Part shown: positions 1 to 11,550 of the stretch, piece by piece
How positions within the stretch are numbered: position 1 is the stretch's first letter
Layout of the letters: each line of letters begins with the position of its first letter
Source of the DNA: Hemiscyllium ocellatum
Lineage: Eukaryota
Reading direction: 5' to 3'
Assembly (NCBI RefSeq): GCF_020745735.1
Contig: NW_026867534.1
Span: 168,982 to 232,981, forward strand
Length of the DNA: 64,000 bases
The notes under the pieces: model-generated
The model's input: the letters and a program-made list of their open reading frames with translations, nothing else
What the model was told of the DNA's origin: nothing
The model's database searches: none
Position numbers and translations under genes: made by a program

Positions 1-570
1 TTCCTTATGAAACCACGGCTCCCTCACACGACACTTTCCTCCCTGCCTGACAGGTAAATTCTGGCCTTTTCCATCGTATTTTTGATGTATATGGCAGTGC
101 AAAGATTATGTGCTTGCTCATCTGAACATGAATCAGCTGTTTATTGCGTTTTTGAACTGAGCAATAATCAGCCAGTGACTACAGTTACTACATTGGGCGA
201 CAATTAGCTGGTGCATTCTGATCAATTTCCACATCCCTCGAACCTCCCTGTTTTGAACACAACATTGAAGTTGAAAACGACAGAGAATGGACTCTGTGTG
301 AGAGGCTTCAGTGTCCATCACCAAGACAGATTCAGCAGCACGACCTGCTGACTCAACTGGGACGGTACAAAAGGCTTTCGCACCAATCCGCCTGCACCGC
401 ATTCTTTCAAAGCTGCATCATGTGGCGTGGCACTGTGTCTGTGTGAAATGAGCCAGACATCAAACAGATCGACCAACTTATGACGAACTGTCCATGAGGT
501 TCAGTGGGCCATCTGCAGCATCATAATTATTGCATCGACAATCATAGACAATTTGCCCGTCATATCTGAC

Positions 571-973
571 TGGAGGGTTTGAGATAGAGGGAGAGATTGA
601 ATCGCCTGGGGCCTTTTTTACGCTGGGGCATCAAAGGCTAAGCGATAAATTTTTAGAGGCTCATAAAATCATGAGGAGCGTGGATAGTGTAAATAGCCAA
701 GGTCTTCCACAGGGTAACAGTGCCCGACACTAGAGAGCAAGGGTTTAAAGTGAGAGGGGAAGATTTCGAAGTGACTTGAGAGGTAATTCCTTCATGCAGA
801 GGGCAATGCATGTGTGGAGCAATGGCATTAGGATGGATACATAAAGAGGAAGGGTTTGAAGGGATATTGGTCAGGAGCAGGCGGGTGGAACCAGTTTAGT
901 TTGGGATTAATTTGGTTTGGACTGGATGTATCGAAGGATCTGCTTCCATGCTGCATGACCCTATGGCTCTATG
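571..973 (+). mobile_element. CR1 LINE 3' end
   Basis: End of ORF2 (..YKIMR.VD.V..) plus 3' UTR ending in CTATG.CTCTATG repeats. Confidence 0.75.
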
Positions 974-1369
974 GTGTAAGCTGATACAATTACAACATTG
1001 AAAACGCGTCTGGGTGAGTATATGAATAGGAAGCCTTCAAACGGGTTCAAATAAAAGTACAACAGGACTACAAACAGCAGCACTGAAAACCAATATATGA
1101 GGTTCTAAACTTGTGAAGCTACAAAACAGGATGGATTTTGCCTGCAACAAGTGACGGGCAGTACTAAGCGATCACACAACCAAAGAAACTCTGTTTTCTC
1201 CCCACTGATGCTGCCAGAACTGCTCTATTCCGCCATTAATTTCTGGTTTTGCATCACATCGAAGTTCTGCAGATTTACGCTCTGGCACATTTCGTCATAA
1301 AAGATGGTGGACAATTAAACCACTGAGTGAGAAGGCTGCACTCCAACAACCAAATTCTTAGTTATGGGG

Positions 1370-2230
1370 GAGTCCAGAGTATCAGTGAAAAAGATAAAGC
1401 TGAAGCATTTGCAACAATATTCAACCAAAAAACACCAAGACGTTGATCCATTTAAGCCTCCTGCTGAGCTTCCCATGTTCACAGATCCCAGTCTCCAGCC
1501 AATTTAATTCACTCTTTCTGATATTACCGGGTTGCAGGAGGTACTGGACACTGAAAAAGTTGTGGGTCCTGACAACTTCAATATCGTAAACGTGTTGCGT
1601 TCTGAGGCAAAGAGTTCTGCTGCAGCAACAGCACTGGCATGGACTGAGGATCGGAAAACGCTCCCAGGCACGTTTTGCACAGAAAATGAGGGCAACTCTA
1701 ATCTTGTCAATTAACGCCTCATCTGTCCATACTCTAAAATGGGAATGGGAATGTAGGTGTCATTAACAGGGCTATCAATCAATACCTGGTCAGCAATAAC
1801 CTGCTAACTGATGGCCAGTTTGGGTGTCTCAAGGGCCATTGACTACAGCCTTGCTTCAAAGAAGTTGGACTCCAGAGGAGGAGGGAGAGGAGATCCCCTT
1901 AACCTCAAGGCACCATTTGGCCGAGTGTGAAACTGGGAGGCCAAGGAAAAAACCACAGTCAGCGAGAATCCAAGGAAAGCTCTCATCTGTTGGCAGCAAT
2001 AACTAGTAATAAGGAAGACTGTCGTTATTGTTCATGTCAGTAATTTCACCTTCAGGATATCTGGGCAAGAATTCCTCTGGAAACATCGTAGGTCTAACCT
2101 TCTTCACCTGCTTCATTGATGAACACTCAGAGGCCCATCAATGAGAAATGGTAGTATTGCGTTTAGAGCACTGCTGCTTTCCAAGCAGTTGATCAGCATT
2201 CAATTCCTGGCCATTGCAAGGTTCTAATTT
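1370..2230 (+). mobile_element. L2/CR1-clade LINE RT fragment
   Basis: KDKAEAFATIFNQK, LDTEKVVGPDN; same family as 55670-56790. Confidence 0.7.
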
Positions 2231-3332
2231 TAAATTGACTACCAAGAGATAGATGAGGGTATGGCACTGAATGTTGTCTATATGGACTTTAGTAAAGCCT
2301 TGACAAGGTCCTACAAAGCAGACTAGTCATGAATGTGAGGACACATGACATGCAGGGAGAGCATGCCAATTAGATTCAAATTTGACTGAATGTGAGAAAG
2401 CAGAGGGTAATTGTTGAAGGCCGTTTCTCGGCTGTTGCCCTGTGGCTAGGGTCGGTTTGCAATCCTCAAGTCCTCTGGTACTAAACTTGTAGACAATGAC
2501 GACTCCAATCTCAAAACCAAAGGCTCTGCTATCTCCTCCCTAGCTTCCTGGAGAATCCCCGGATAAATCCCATCCTGCCCAGGTAACTTGTCTACATTCG
2601 CTCCTTCTGGAATCTAAATGAACATTTAGTACCTCTCCGAACACCACAGGCTCCACACTCAACTTCCCACTTCTGTCTTTGACTGGCCCTGTTCCTAATC
2701 TCATCGTCATTTTATTCCTCACATACCAATCATATCACAGTGATGGTGGGTTAGGAAAATCACTGTGAAGCCAGAAGTAGGAAAACAGGATAAGCCACTG
2801 AATTTTTTGGGCTGGTAATGGAAAGCACAGTGGAGGCTAGAAAGCTGCACCAGAATGTACCAGCTAGTCGGAGGTAGGTTAAGGAGGAAGTCCCAGACCT
2901 TCTTAAACCATACACCTGTGAAGGTGAAGTTATTCACGTAGGCCAGGAGCAGAAGGTAAAGAGGTTACAATATTGTGAGACACAACATCTTCTGAATCTG
3001 TGATCCTGAAACATGAGGAGATATATATCTCTGAAGGAAAATTTCCAGAAAGGGTACTAGTAACAGGAATTCACAGTGAGACAAAAAACACTGAACATTG
3101 TGAAGTGAGGTGAGACTGTCAAGAAAGAGTGGAGAATTTGTGATAGGAGTACTGGACAAACTCTCAGCTCCAGGAATAAAATTTGTCCTTGCTAATGATA
3201 TAACTGATCCACCGATAGTATGGTTGAAAAGCCAGTGGAAACACATGCAACTGAATGTTGCAGAACACAAGTCCTGGATTTTTTTCTCTGACTGTTTGGT
3301 AACGAGGTCATAAAGTCATCAATTTTTTAAAG

Positions 3333-3627
3333 TTAGATCAGATTCCCTACATGGTGGGAACAGGCCCTTCGGCCCAACAAGTCCATACCGACCCTCTGAA
3401 GAGTAACCGACCCAGACCCATTTCCCTCTGATTAATGCACCTACCACTGGACAATTTAACATGGCCAAATCATCCGAACTGTACATCTTTGGGAAACCAG
3501 AACACCTGAACAAAACTCACGGAGACACAGGGAGAACGTGCGGTACCACAGAGACAGCCACCCAGAGGCTGGAATCGAAACTGGGACCCTGGTGCTGTGA
3601 GGCAGCAGTGCTAGCTACTGAGCCACT
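3333..3627 (-). mobile_element. HE1-type tRNA-derived SINE inside the Gypsy relic
   Basis: Reverse of the ...GTTGGGCCGAAGGGCCTGTT... tail and CTGCTGCCTCACAG head. Confidence 0.85.
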
Positions 3628-4050
3628 GTTGAAACAAGAGAGTTCGATCACTACAGATAAGGTAGTTGAAGTGGATTTTGCAGACACCCTGTTTGATCAG
3701 ATGTTTAATCAAACCAGGAGTAAATAGATGACAATGCAGACTTCATTAGGTCAGACAAATTAACTGAGTTACAGCAGAAAGATGAAAAATTAAAGCAGTT
3801 ATATCAAAAGGTATACCATGAGAAGGAGTCTGGGAGCATCCCTGAATGCTATTACCACAAAACTCATATCTCAGTGAGGAAATGGAGACCATCACAGTCA
3901 GGCCGGTGAGAACTGGGCAGATGTTCAAAAAGTTGCATGGGAAGGAGATGCTGTAATTGGGACATGAGCTCCCATTTGGGGGTCATTTCGAAGTGAGGAA
4001 AACACAAGGTAAAATACAAACACACTTTTCCTGGTCTGGATTGAACAAAG

Positions 4051-4139
4051 CTGAAAATGTGTTGCTGGAAAAGTGCAGCAGGTTAGGCAGCAACCAAGGA
4101 ACAGGAAATTCGATGTTTCGGGCATAAGCCCTTCATCAG
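4051..4139 (-). mobile_element. Short PLE-derived insert with hammerhead core, 13-bp TSD
   Basis: Minus strand CTGATGA-A-GGGC-TTAT-GCCC-GAAAC-ATC; TSD GGATTGAACAAAG at 4038-4050 and 4139-4151 within the Gypsy integrase. Confidence 0.8.
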
Positions 4140-5060
4140 GATTGAACAAAGACGCGGTTGAGTTTTGCCAGATGTATAATACATGTCAGGTAATTGTAAA
4201 ACCACAGGCAGTAATAAAACCTGCAACTTCCTAATTTGTGGAACCGTTTACAAGAGTCTTAATTGATTGATTAGGTCCACTCCCTCAAACAACAAATGTG
4301 GAATCAGTATTTGTTAACAATAATGGATGTGTGGACTAGATTTCGAGAGGCCATTCCATTATGAAATACCACAGCTAAAAGGATTGGTAGACAGATTATT
4401 CAAACGTTTCACAAGATATGAACTACCAACAAAGATACAATCAGATCAAGGGTGAAATATCACAGCCAAATTATTCAAGGATGTTATAGACAGCTTGGAA
4501 TAAAACACATCAAATGCAGAACTGCAGGGAGTGTTTCAAAGGTGACATCAGACATTAAAGATCATGTTGATGGCTTATAGTCAAAACTATCCAGATGATT
4601 GGGATAAGGGAATTTCGATTGTGCTTTTTGCGATCAGAGATGCACGAAATGAATCAACCAAATTCAGTCCATTGAATTAGTTTGGGGGCATGAAGTGAGA
4701 AGACCATGAAAGTTGAAAAAGGAGAAACTACTAAGTCAGAAAGCAGAGACGACATGTTTAGTCTATGTGTCAAATTTGAAGAACAATTAAATAGAGCTGC
4801 GGAGTTGAGTAGACAGCATTTAATATATCACAGTATAAAATAAACAGGAAGCAGACAAGAAATTTTAAAAATCGCAAATTTGCTACCTGTTTTAGTATTA
4901 CTTCCAGTGATAGGTGAACTTTTTAAAAGCAAGGTTTAGTGGAAGTCAAACAGAGATTGAGTGAAGTTAACTATTTGATAAGGACTCAGTACAGAAAGAA
5001 ATCTCACAGAGGTTGTCATGCAAATGTGCTCAAAAGGTGTTTTGACAGGGAAGGAAAACA

Positions 5061-5491
5061 TATGATTGATGACATACTTGACCGAGGTAAAAGTTATCTT
5101 TGCTCTCAGCCTTTCGATTTAGTATTAGGAATACCTTGTATTAGGAAAATGCTGCTGGAGATAAAGACTGAGGCTGTGTAATTGTGAAGTGATGAGCTAT
5201 AAGGAGTATATCACAGGTTCGTTGGTGGGAGTGCTTTTCCACCTCGGTAGCTTCTCTTTCCCTGAGCAACAGGGTGATAGTTAGCACTGTGCTTATTTTT
5301 ATCTTGAATTTTTGTACAGTGTGGAATGTAAGCAAAGTTGTTTGTACATTGTAGAATTATAGGCTGACTGTTCAGCTCAAGATGGCGATGTTGGACAGTG
5401 GAGACTGTGCAGGAGCCGCTCCATGAATTCATGAAAAATAAAGCCTCTGGAAACAAGACTCAAATTCTCAGCACAAGTAACTTCCTTGACA
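5061..5491 (+). repeat. ERV 5' LTR (5' end eroded)
   Basis: Aligns to 9877-10315 (61/74 identical in one block), has AATAAA and ends in ...TGACA. Confidence 0.85.
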
Positions 5492-5496
5492 GAATC

Positions 5497-5514
5497 TGGC
5501 ATTGTCAGGCAGGT
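5497..5514 (+). promoter_or_regulatory. ERV primer-binding site, tRNA-Ser-like
   Basis: TGGCATTGTCAGGCAGGT starts 5 nt after the LTR end and resembles TGGCGTAGTCGGCAGGAT, the complement of the vertebrate tRNA-Ser 3' end. Confidence 0.6.
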
Positions 5515-6089
5515 TCCCAATTATTATGGGATCAGGACAAAAGCCAAAGTAAAGGAGGAAGTAGTGGAAATAGTGGGCGGGCAGTCCGAGCTGTCGGGGG
5601 TGATCCCCTCACGGAGGTGTAGTATAGAGACCATCTGGCACCTGACAGGTGAATCCGGCTGGGCCAACACGACTGAATTGTTGGGGCAAGATCGTGGAGA
5701 AGACTAAACTTACCAAAGCAGTGAGAGAGATTAAGAACTGGTAGCTATCCAAATGAAATTGGCTCGAGACTGCAAATTTTGTTGGTGGAAGAGAAATACC
5801 GGTGAGGGTTTACAGTAGATTAGTGCAAGCGGGCGTGTAACCGTTTGTTTCCTCTTTTCCTTTCTTGAGGGGGCGATGTCTCTCTGAAGGTTACAGAAAT
5901 GGGAAAGCGATCCAGCAGTTCGTGCCTCTCCGCAAATGCAGATGTAAGGCTCCCAGAAAAGGTCCAAAGATGGAAACGTGAACAAAACAAAGACATTGAA
6001 AGGTGATAAGATCCCTGCAAGAGGTAGGAGATCCCATCGTTCCACTGGGATTACCGGCGCAGACGGTGCTCTGTGAAACACGAGGTTCT

Positions 6090-8420
6090 GGGTAGGTCAC
6101 TCCTGTTTGAGTGATCTGCATGGATGGGATTGTGCGTCTGTTTCCCATTACACTTCAGCCTCATTCTACTGTTTGCAGGCCTGAGCAGCTGTGAGCGTTT
6201 GAGGAACTCCGGACTACCCTGCCACAGGCCCCAGTCTTGGTCTTAACCGATTATCATAAGCCTTCCATCCCATATGTTAATGACTGAGAGGGTTTTGCCA
6301 GCAGAGTCCTTGTGATCTGAAGCACCCAGAGGCCTGTTCCTCCTCCCAGTTGCCTCCAGAGGTCTGTGACCAGCCAGCCTGCCTCCATGCTGTCACTGCT
6401 ACCATGACCCCGCTGGAAAAGGAAAACCCCAGTGATCAGGATTCTTTTTCAATCCCAGCCAGAAAATGGGGATTGGGTAGAGGAACCCGGGGTCAGGGAA
6501 TATCCCCCGGGATGAGTGGCTCCAAAACCGAACTATGCAGGTCATCTCAAATGGGACCATTTTACTGTGATCTCCCCTCAGGCTGCTTTGCCCCTTTCTC
6601 AAGTTGGTTGCTCCTCAGCATTTCCCAGCAGCCCCTTGGACTGTGTATGTGGCCATTCTGTTGTCCACGCTGAATCTATCATTCCGTCGTCCCCTTCAAT
6701 GAATTCTGTTACCCTCCATCCTACTTCCCCTGACTTGGACACCTACTTTCATGTTTGCCCACAGGTGGCAGACTCTGTGACCTCGCCTTTCCCTGACTTA
6801 TCCTCCACGTCCCTTAACAATCCTGGCCTTGCTCTGGTCATGATGGCTCGCCCACGTGTCCCTCTGATGATTGCTCCTTTGCTGTTTTACCGGCGTTACG
6901 CCCTTTGAATTGCTACAGGCGTGCTCTCTCCTGTCTGGGATCTCAGCTGGGTTTGCTGATTTCTTGCCATTACCCGTGCATGTGTCCTTGTCATGGGAAA
7001 ATCCGTTACATTGATTCTTTAGGGTGGCCCATGACTTTGGTACACTCTGGGAAAACCGTGAGTTTGTTACCACATTCTGTAAACCTATTCGACATGTGAC
7101 TCTGATCAACAACCGATTGCAGACAGTGCTTTACCCTGCACAGGTCGCAGGGGTCAAATGTGAAGTGCATAATATCCCGAGGGATGAGCTCCCCACAGTC
7201 ACGCTGCTGGAGATGCTGCCGCCCCATGTGGCACTGTCATGGTCCCCTCTTTCGTTCAGATACAGGTTCCCTCCACCATCGATCTTCAAGCAGCTCTTCA
7301 GGTCAAGAACAAAGCTGCAGAGGTAGAGTGTGATTTCTGGGCTGGTGCTGGATGCTCCCCTGCCGTCTCTGGTCTTTGGCAGCATCCTGATGACGGGTGG
7401 TCTGTCCGTGTGCTCTCCTCCATGCCCTTGCCTAGCGACATCACACTGCCTAACAATGGTTTGCTCCCGGTATGTCTCCTGTCTTCAAACAAAAAGCTGA
7501 AATCTGTCTTATTTGTCAAAGTACACTCAAAGAAGAGAATCTGCATATTTTGATCATCTACCTATCCAGGAAGAGCCATTTCGGAACTTGCAGGTTCATT
7601 TTGTCCCTGTGGCCCCCTCAGGAGGGTTTAAATACATACTGGTCACAGTAGAAACATTCTCTAGATGGATACAGGCATTTTACACGAGAAGAGATGCCCG
7701 ATCAGTTATAAAATATCTTATGAAAGATATAATCCCCTGACTTGGAATACAAGGACAAATGAATAGTGACAGTGGTACTCACTTTACGGGGAAAGTAATA
7801 ACAGCACTGTGTGCAGTACTGGGATTTGTGTGGTTGTTTCATATCCCCTATACACTCCAATCCCCGAGAACAGTGGGATGAACTAAAGGGATGCTAAAAA
7901 TTACCCTAGCAAAGACTTGACACAAAATTGAACTAAAGTGATGAGAAACCTTGCACACTGTGCATCCTCTGAAACCAGGTTAATAGATCCGCTGGTCTAA
8001 CCCCGGTGGAATCTCTTATGCGAAGAATCATGACTACTGGTATCTGACCCCCTCTGTCCACATCGGAAATAGCCCTGACGTGGGTTGATAAGAAATCCCT
8101 ACAATACGTCTAAACCCTGAGTGAAGCAGCCTAGGCCAATCATACAAAGGTAATAGAGGGCATGCCAAAACCCCATGGGTCTCACACACACGCCCTTTAG
8201 GCCTGGCGATTTAGTGAATGTTAAGTCTCTGAACAAAGGCTCCCTTTCTCCCCGATTCAAGGGACCGTATCAAGTGTTACTGATAACCCAAACTGTTGAT
8301 GAATTGGGAGGATGTTAGGAGTGGGTGCACACGACCAACTGTAAACTACATACGCCCACCAACTCGGCAGCTACTGAAGTGAATGATGAGAACCCTGTGG
8401 ATGCACTCCTCAGACTGTAA
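6090..8420 (+). pseudogene. pol: ERV pol remnant: RT thumb/connection, RNase H, integrase
   Basis: AFEELRTTLPQAPVLVLTDYHKPF; DQPACLHAVTA (cf. GWPxCLRAVAA); AHDFGTLWENREF...VKCEVH; PFRNLQV...KYILVTVETFSRWIQAF; SDSGTHF; PRFKGPYQVLL. Many stops and frameshifts. Confidence 0.9.
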
Positions 8421-8439
8421 ACGACTGAAACTAGAAATG

Positions 8440-9875
8440 TATGGCCATAAGGTGGGCGTGCCAAAGCAAAACCATTTTCTTCACAAGACATGGACTGTAT
8501 CGACTGACACCTATGTGAGACCTAGTCAGTGTTCTTTCATTATTCCCCTGATTTAAATTATCCCAAATTTGACAAGCCAATGTCAGTTTTCGTTGAATTG
8601 TTCTCATGTCCTTAATAAGATATCAGGTTCCCTGTGGAAAGAACTGGTTCCCAAATTGTGGAGAGGTGGAGATTCCAGATTAACCGCCTACAACGCTACT
8701 TATTTTATATGCGGTTTTAATGCCTATCCTTTTCTTCCCTCCGATTGGAGAGGGTCGAGTCCTACGAGATATGCATGTAGTACCTCGCATTATAGTCTTG
8801 GATGATTTAACTTCACCACTGAAGCCGAAGAGATCCCTCACCGGATTATTCACCTGGGTTGGGATGTTTACACCTTCTATTGTAATCTATCTGCACTCCC
8901 AAGAATTGAGCAACTTGAAAACAGTATTGGAAATTGTCGTCAATGACACTGAGGCCCTTACTGAGATCAATGTTGAGATCATTGCAGTCAGAACAGTGGC
9001 CCTTCAGAACCACTTGGCTTTAGATTGTCTATTATCCAAAATGAGTGTGGCACTTGTGCTGTTATTGGGCGGGAATGCTGTACCTACATGCCAGACAATT
9101 CTAAAAAAATGTCTCCGTTTGTCTGTCCCTCTCCTGTGGTTATTTCTGAGCCCGGGTGTCCCTGGAGAAGGAATATGCGATGTCTCCCAACGCCCTCGAG
9201 CTCTTCAGGGAGAGGTGGGCACCACAGGGTTTGGTGTGTTTTATTTCCTTCTCCAACTCTACTGCATTGTAATCCCTGCCTCCCCTCCTCCTTTTTTGAT
9301 CATGAAGCATTACCCTTTGAAGTGAATGGCACTGTTTATCACTGGCCAACCTGGTGTTTACTTTCTTCCTGGTAGTGGAAATTGAATCATGATATGTACT
9401 CCTGTTGTCTTTCACTGTGTCTCACACCTACACACACACAACATGGATGCTGGGGAAAATATAAGCACTACCCCAGTTAGGCGGTAGTGTTGGGGCAAGA
9501 AGAAAAAAAGGAAGAAAATGTCTCTGATTTGGTGACTCACCTTCACATGGCATTCGAGAAATTGCTCTCCCTTTTTGATTCCTGGTGGTCCTTGGACATT
9601 GCCTGGCTGGGTAAGTGGGAATCCTCCCTAAACATTGGGCGCAATCCCTTTACTATCATTCTCACGATACTTTGTATCATATTGAGAATTACAGGCTGTT
9701 GTGCGCAGTTCATTCCTACCACATGCTGCTCAAAAATAGAAGGAATCATCTACCGGAAAATACCCCATGATGACCCCGACAATAAACAAGCGTGGATGAT
9801 GCCTGTTCCATCCTCTTTTGGATGCGCCTGTTCCATAAACTCAAGCGTTGATCTAGAAAATCAACAAGGAGGGAA
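8440..9875 (+). pseudogene. env: ERV env remnant (short SU, TM split by an insertion)
   Basis: CGFNAYPFLPSDWRG (SU C-terminus); KPKR furin site and fusion peptide; LQNHLALD immunosuppressive motif; CAVIGRECC (CX6CC); Trp-rich stretch and IILTILCIIL membrane anchor. Confidence 0.9.
9116..9514 (+). mobile_element. 5'-truncated Tx1-like LINE 3' end inserted in ERV env
   Basis: Translates ARVSLEKEYAMSPNALELFRERWAPQGLVCFIS (Tx1-clade ORF2 C-terminus style). A-rich tail; 10-bp duplication AAAATGTCTC at 9106-9115 and 9515-9524. Confidence 0.75.
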
Positions 9876-9876
9876 T

Positions 9877-10315
9877 TGTGGAAGTAGTAAATGTTTGGCC
9901 TACTGCTGTATGATGGGATACTTGACCAAAATTAAGATATATTGGCTTTCAGCCCCTCGCTTGACTGAGAAAATGCTGCAGGACATAAAGACTGGGGCCG
10001 TGTAATTATAATTTGATGAAATATAGGGAGTATGTCACAGGCTCAGAGTTGGACTTCTTCTTGAGCTCATTAGCTTCTCCCTCCTTGAGCAACAAGGTGA
10101 TAGCTGGCACTGTGTTTATCTTAAGGTTGAATTCATGTTAAGTGTGGAATGTAAGCAAAGTCGCTTGTATCATTGTGGAACTGTAGACTGACTCTTCAGC
10201 TCGAGAGAATGCTGTGTGACAGAGGAGACTATGTGACAGCATTACTGTCAATTCATGAACAATAAAGCTTCTTGAAACAAGACTCAAAGTCTCAGACTGA
10301 GTAATTTCCTCAACA
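9877..10315 (+). repeat. ERV 3' LTR (TG...CA) preceded by a polypurine tract (9863-9876)
   Basis: AACAAGGAGGGAAT then TGTGG...; AATAAA at 10261; ends CAACA. Confidence 0.9.
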
Positions 10316-10430
10316 ATAGCGTCAGAGGATGAGTCTGGGAAGGATGCTTCTTGTCCAGTTCTGGAATCAAACAGGGTGACCCACTGCTGCCTTTTGTGTT
10401 TATTGTTGCACCAGAGGGGAATGAACAACT
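10316..10430 (+). mobile_element. L1/Tx1-type RT fragment
   Basis: SGIKQGDPLLPFVFIVAPEG matches the RQGDPLSP.LF motif. Confidence 0.55.
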
Positions 10431-10889
10431 TTTGTAACTCATGCAAGTGTTTCTGATATATTACACATTGGCTATCTATTTCCAACTTTTTTACTAAGAT
10501 TCCTCAATCCAACATTACCAACAATCCAACATCAACCCTTTTGGTGTTCTCATTCTCAATTTCAATAAACATTTCTAGCATTTTGTGGTCACTTCCACCC
10601 AATACAATAAGCTTTCTAATTAATACATTATCATTGCCCAACTATCAATCAGAAAATGGCTTTTTCTCAAGTTTCTCCTTCTATGAGTTGGTCTGAAACA
10701 ACATCATGTGTAGACTTCAACAAATTGTCCACTGCAGCATTATTGCTAGTTTGGCTTGTCCAACCGATATGTAGGTTAAAGTCTGCCATGTCCCCGCTAA
10801 ATGCCTCCCCGTCGGTCCCCAGCGTTGTTTTGAGTTTAGAGACAAATACTACCTTCATTTACTGGTTCTCACATTTCCTACCCCCACCT

Positions 10890-11550
10890 GTACAGGTTCA
10901 ATTGGCAGTTAGAACAGGAAATGCAATGTTGGCATTCATTTCAAGGGGTCGAGAATAAAAAGAACAGGGCTGTCCTGCTGAAACTGAATTTGGCTGTGAT
11001 CAGGCTGCATCTGATGTATTGTGAGCAGTTGTGGGCCCCAAATCTAAGTAGAGATGTTTAGCGTTGAAGGGGAATCTGAAGTTCACAAGAAAGATCCCAA
11101 GGATAATGTGCTTGTCGTAAGAGGAGCAGTTGAAGGGTCTTTTTCTGTCGTCAATGGAATTTAGAAGCATGAGAGGGGATCTGATTGAAACCTACGGAAT
11201 ACGAAGAAACCTGTAGACAGCGTACATGAAGAAGATGTTTCCACTGGCAGGGCAGACTCGGATGCAAGAGCACAGCCTCAGAGTGAATCGACGATCCAAT
11301 CAAAATGAGATGAGGAGGAATTTCTTCAGCCACGGTGTGGTGAAACTATGGAACACATTGTGGCAGAGGGCTTTGAACATCAATTCATTGTGTGTATTTA
11401 AGAAGGATATCATTATGTTCTTGATGAGTAAGTGAATCAACGTTTCAGTGGTGCCAGAAAGAGAATGGGGTTGAGAAACATGCCAGCCATAATGGAATGG
11501 TGGGGCAGACTCAATGGGCTGAATAGCCTGATCCCGCTCCAATATCTCCT
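10890..11550 (+). mobile_element. CR1 LINE 3' portion (a reverse CR1 endonuclease piece lies at ~10480-10870)
   Basis: ANAMLAFISRG, RRNFFSHGVVKLWN. Confidence 0.75.

Larger units (their letters stand above)
2720..5060 (+). mobile_element. Decayed Gypsy LTR-retrotransposon, Gmr1-like order (gag knuckle end - protease - integrase), no RT retained
   Basis: SQ*WWVRK knuckle remnant; SGEFVIGVLDKLSAPGIKFVLAND (protease C-terminus). Integrase: GGHFEVRKTQ...FCQMYNTCQ, IMDVWTRF, IQSDQG, DWDKGI..VLFAIRD, and a C-terminal RLSEVNYLIRT...CHANVLKR domain. Confidence 0.85.
5061..10315 (+). mobile_element. Endogenous retrovirus (epsilon-like pol, gamma-type env), internally deleted
   Basis: Paired LTRs, PBS, PPT, RT thumb/connection, RNase H, integrase with GPY motif, and env TM motifs; see sub-features. 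Confidence 0.92.

Noticed and set aside
133-560. 89-aa minus-strand ORF and stop-interrupted plus-strand frames
   Set aside because: No recognisable family. A faint resemblance to a LINE C-terminal Cys knuckle is too weak to call without a search.
5061-5491. 3' LTR of the upstream Gypsy element
   Set aside because: It pairs with 9877-10315 and is followed by a PBS, so it belongs to the ERV.
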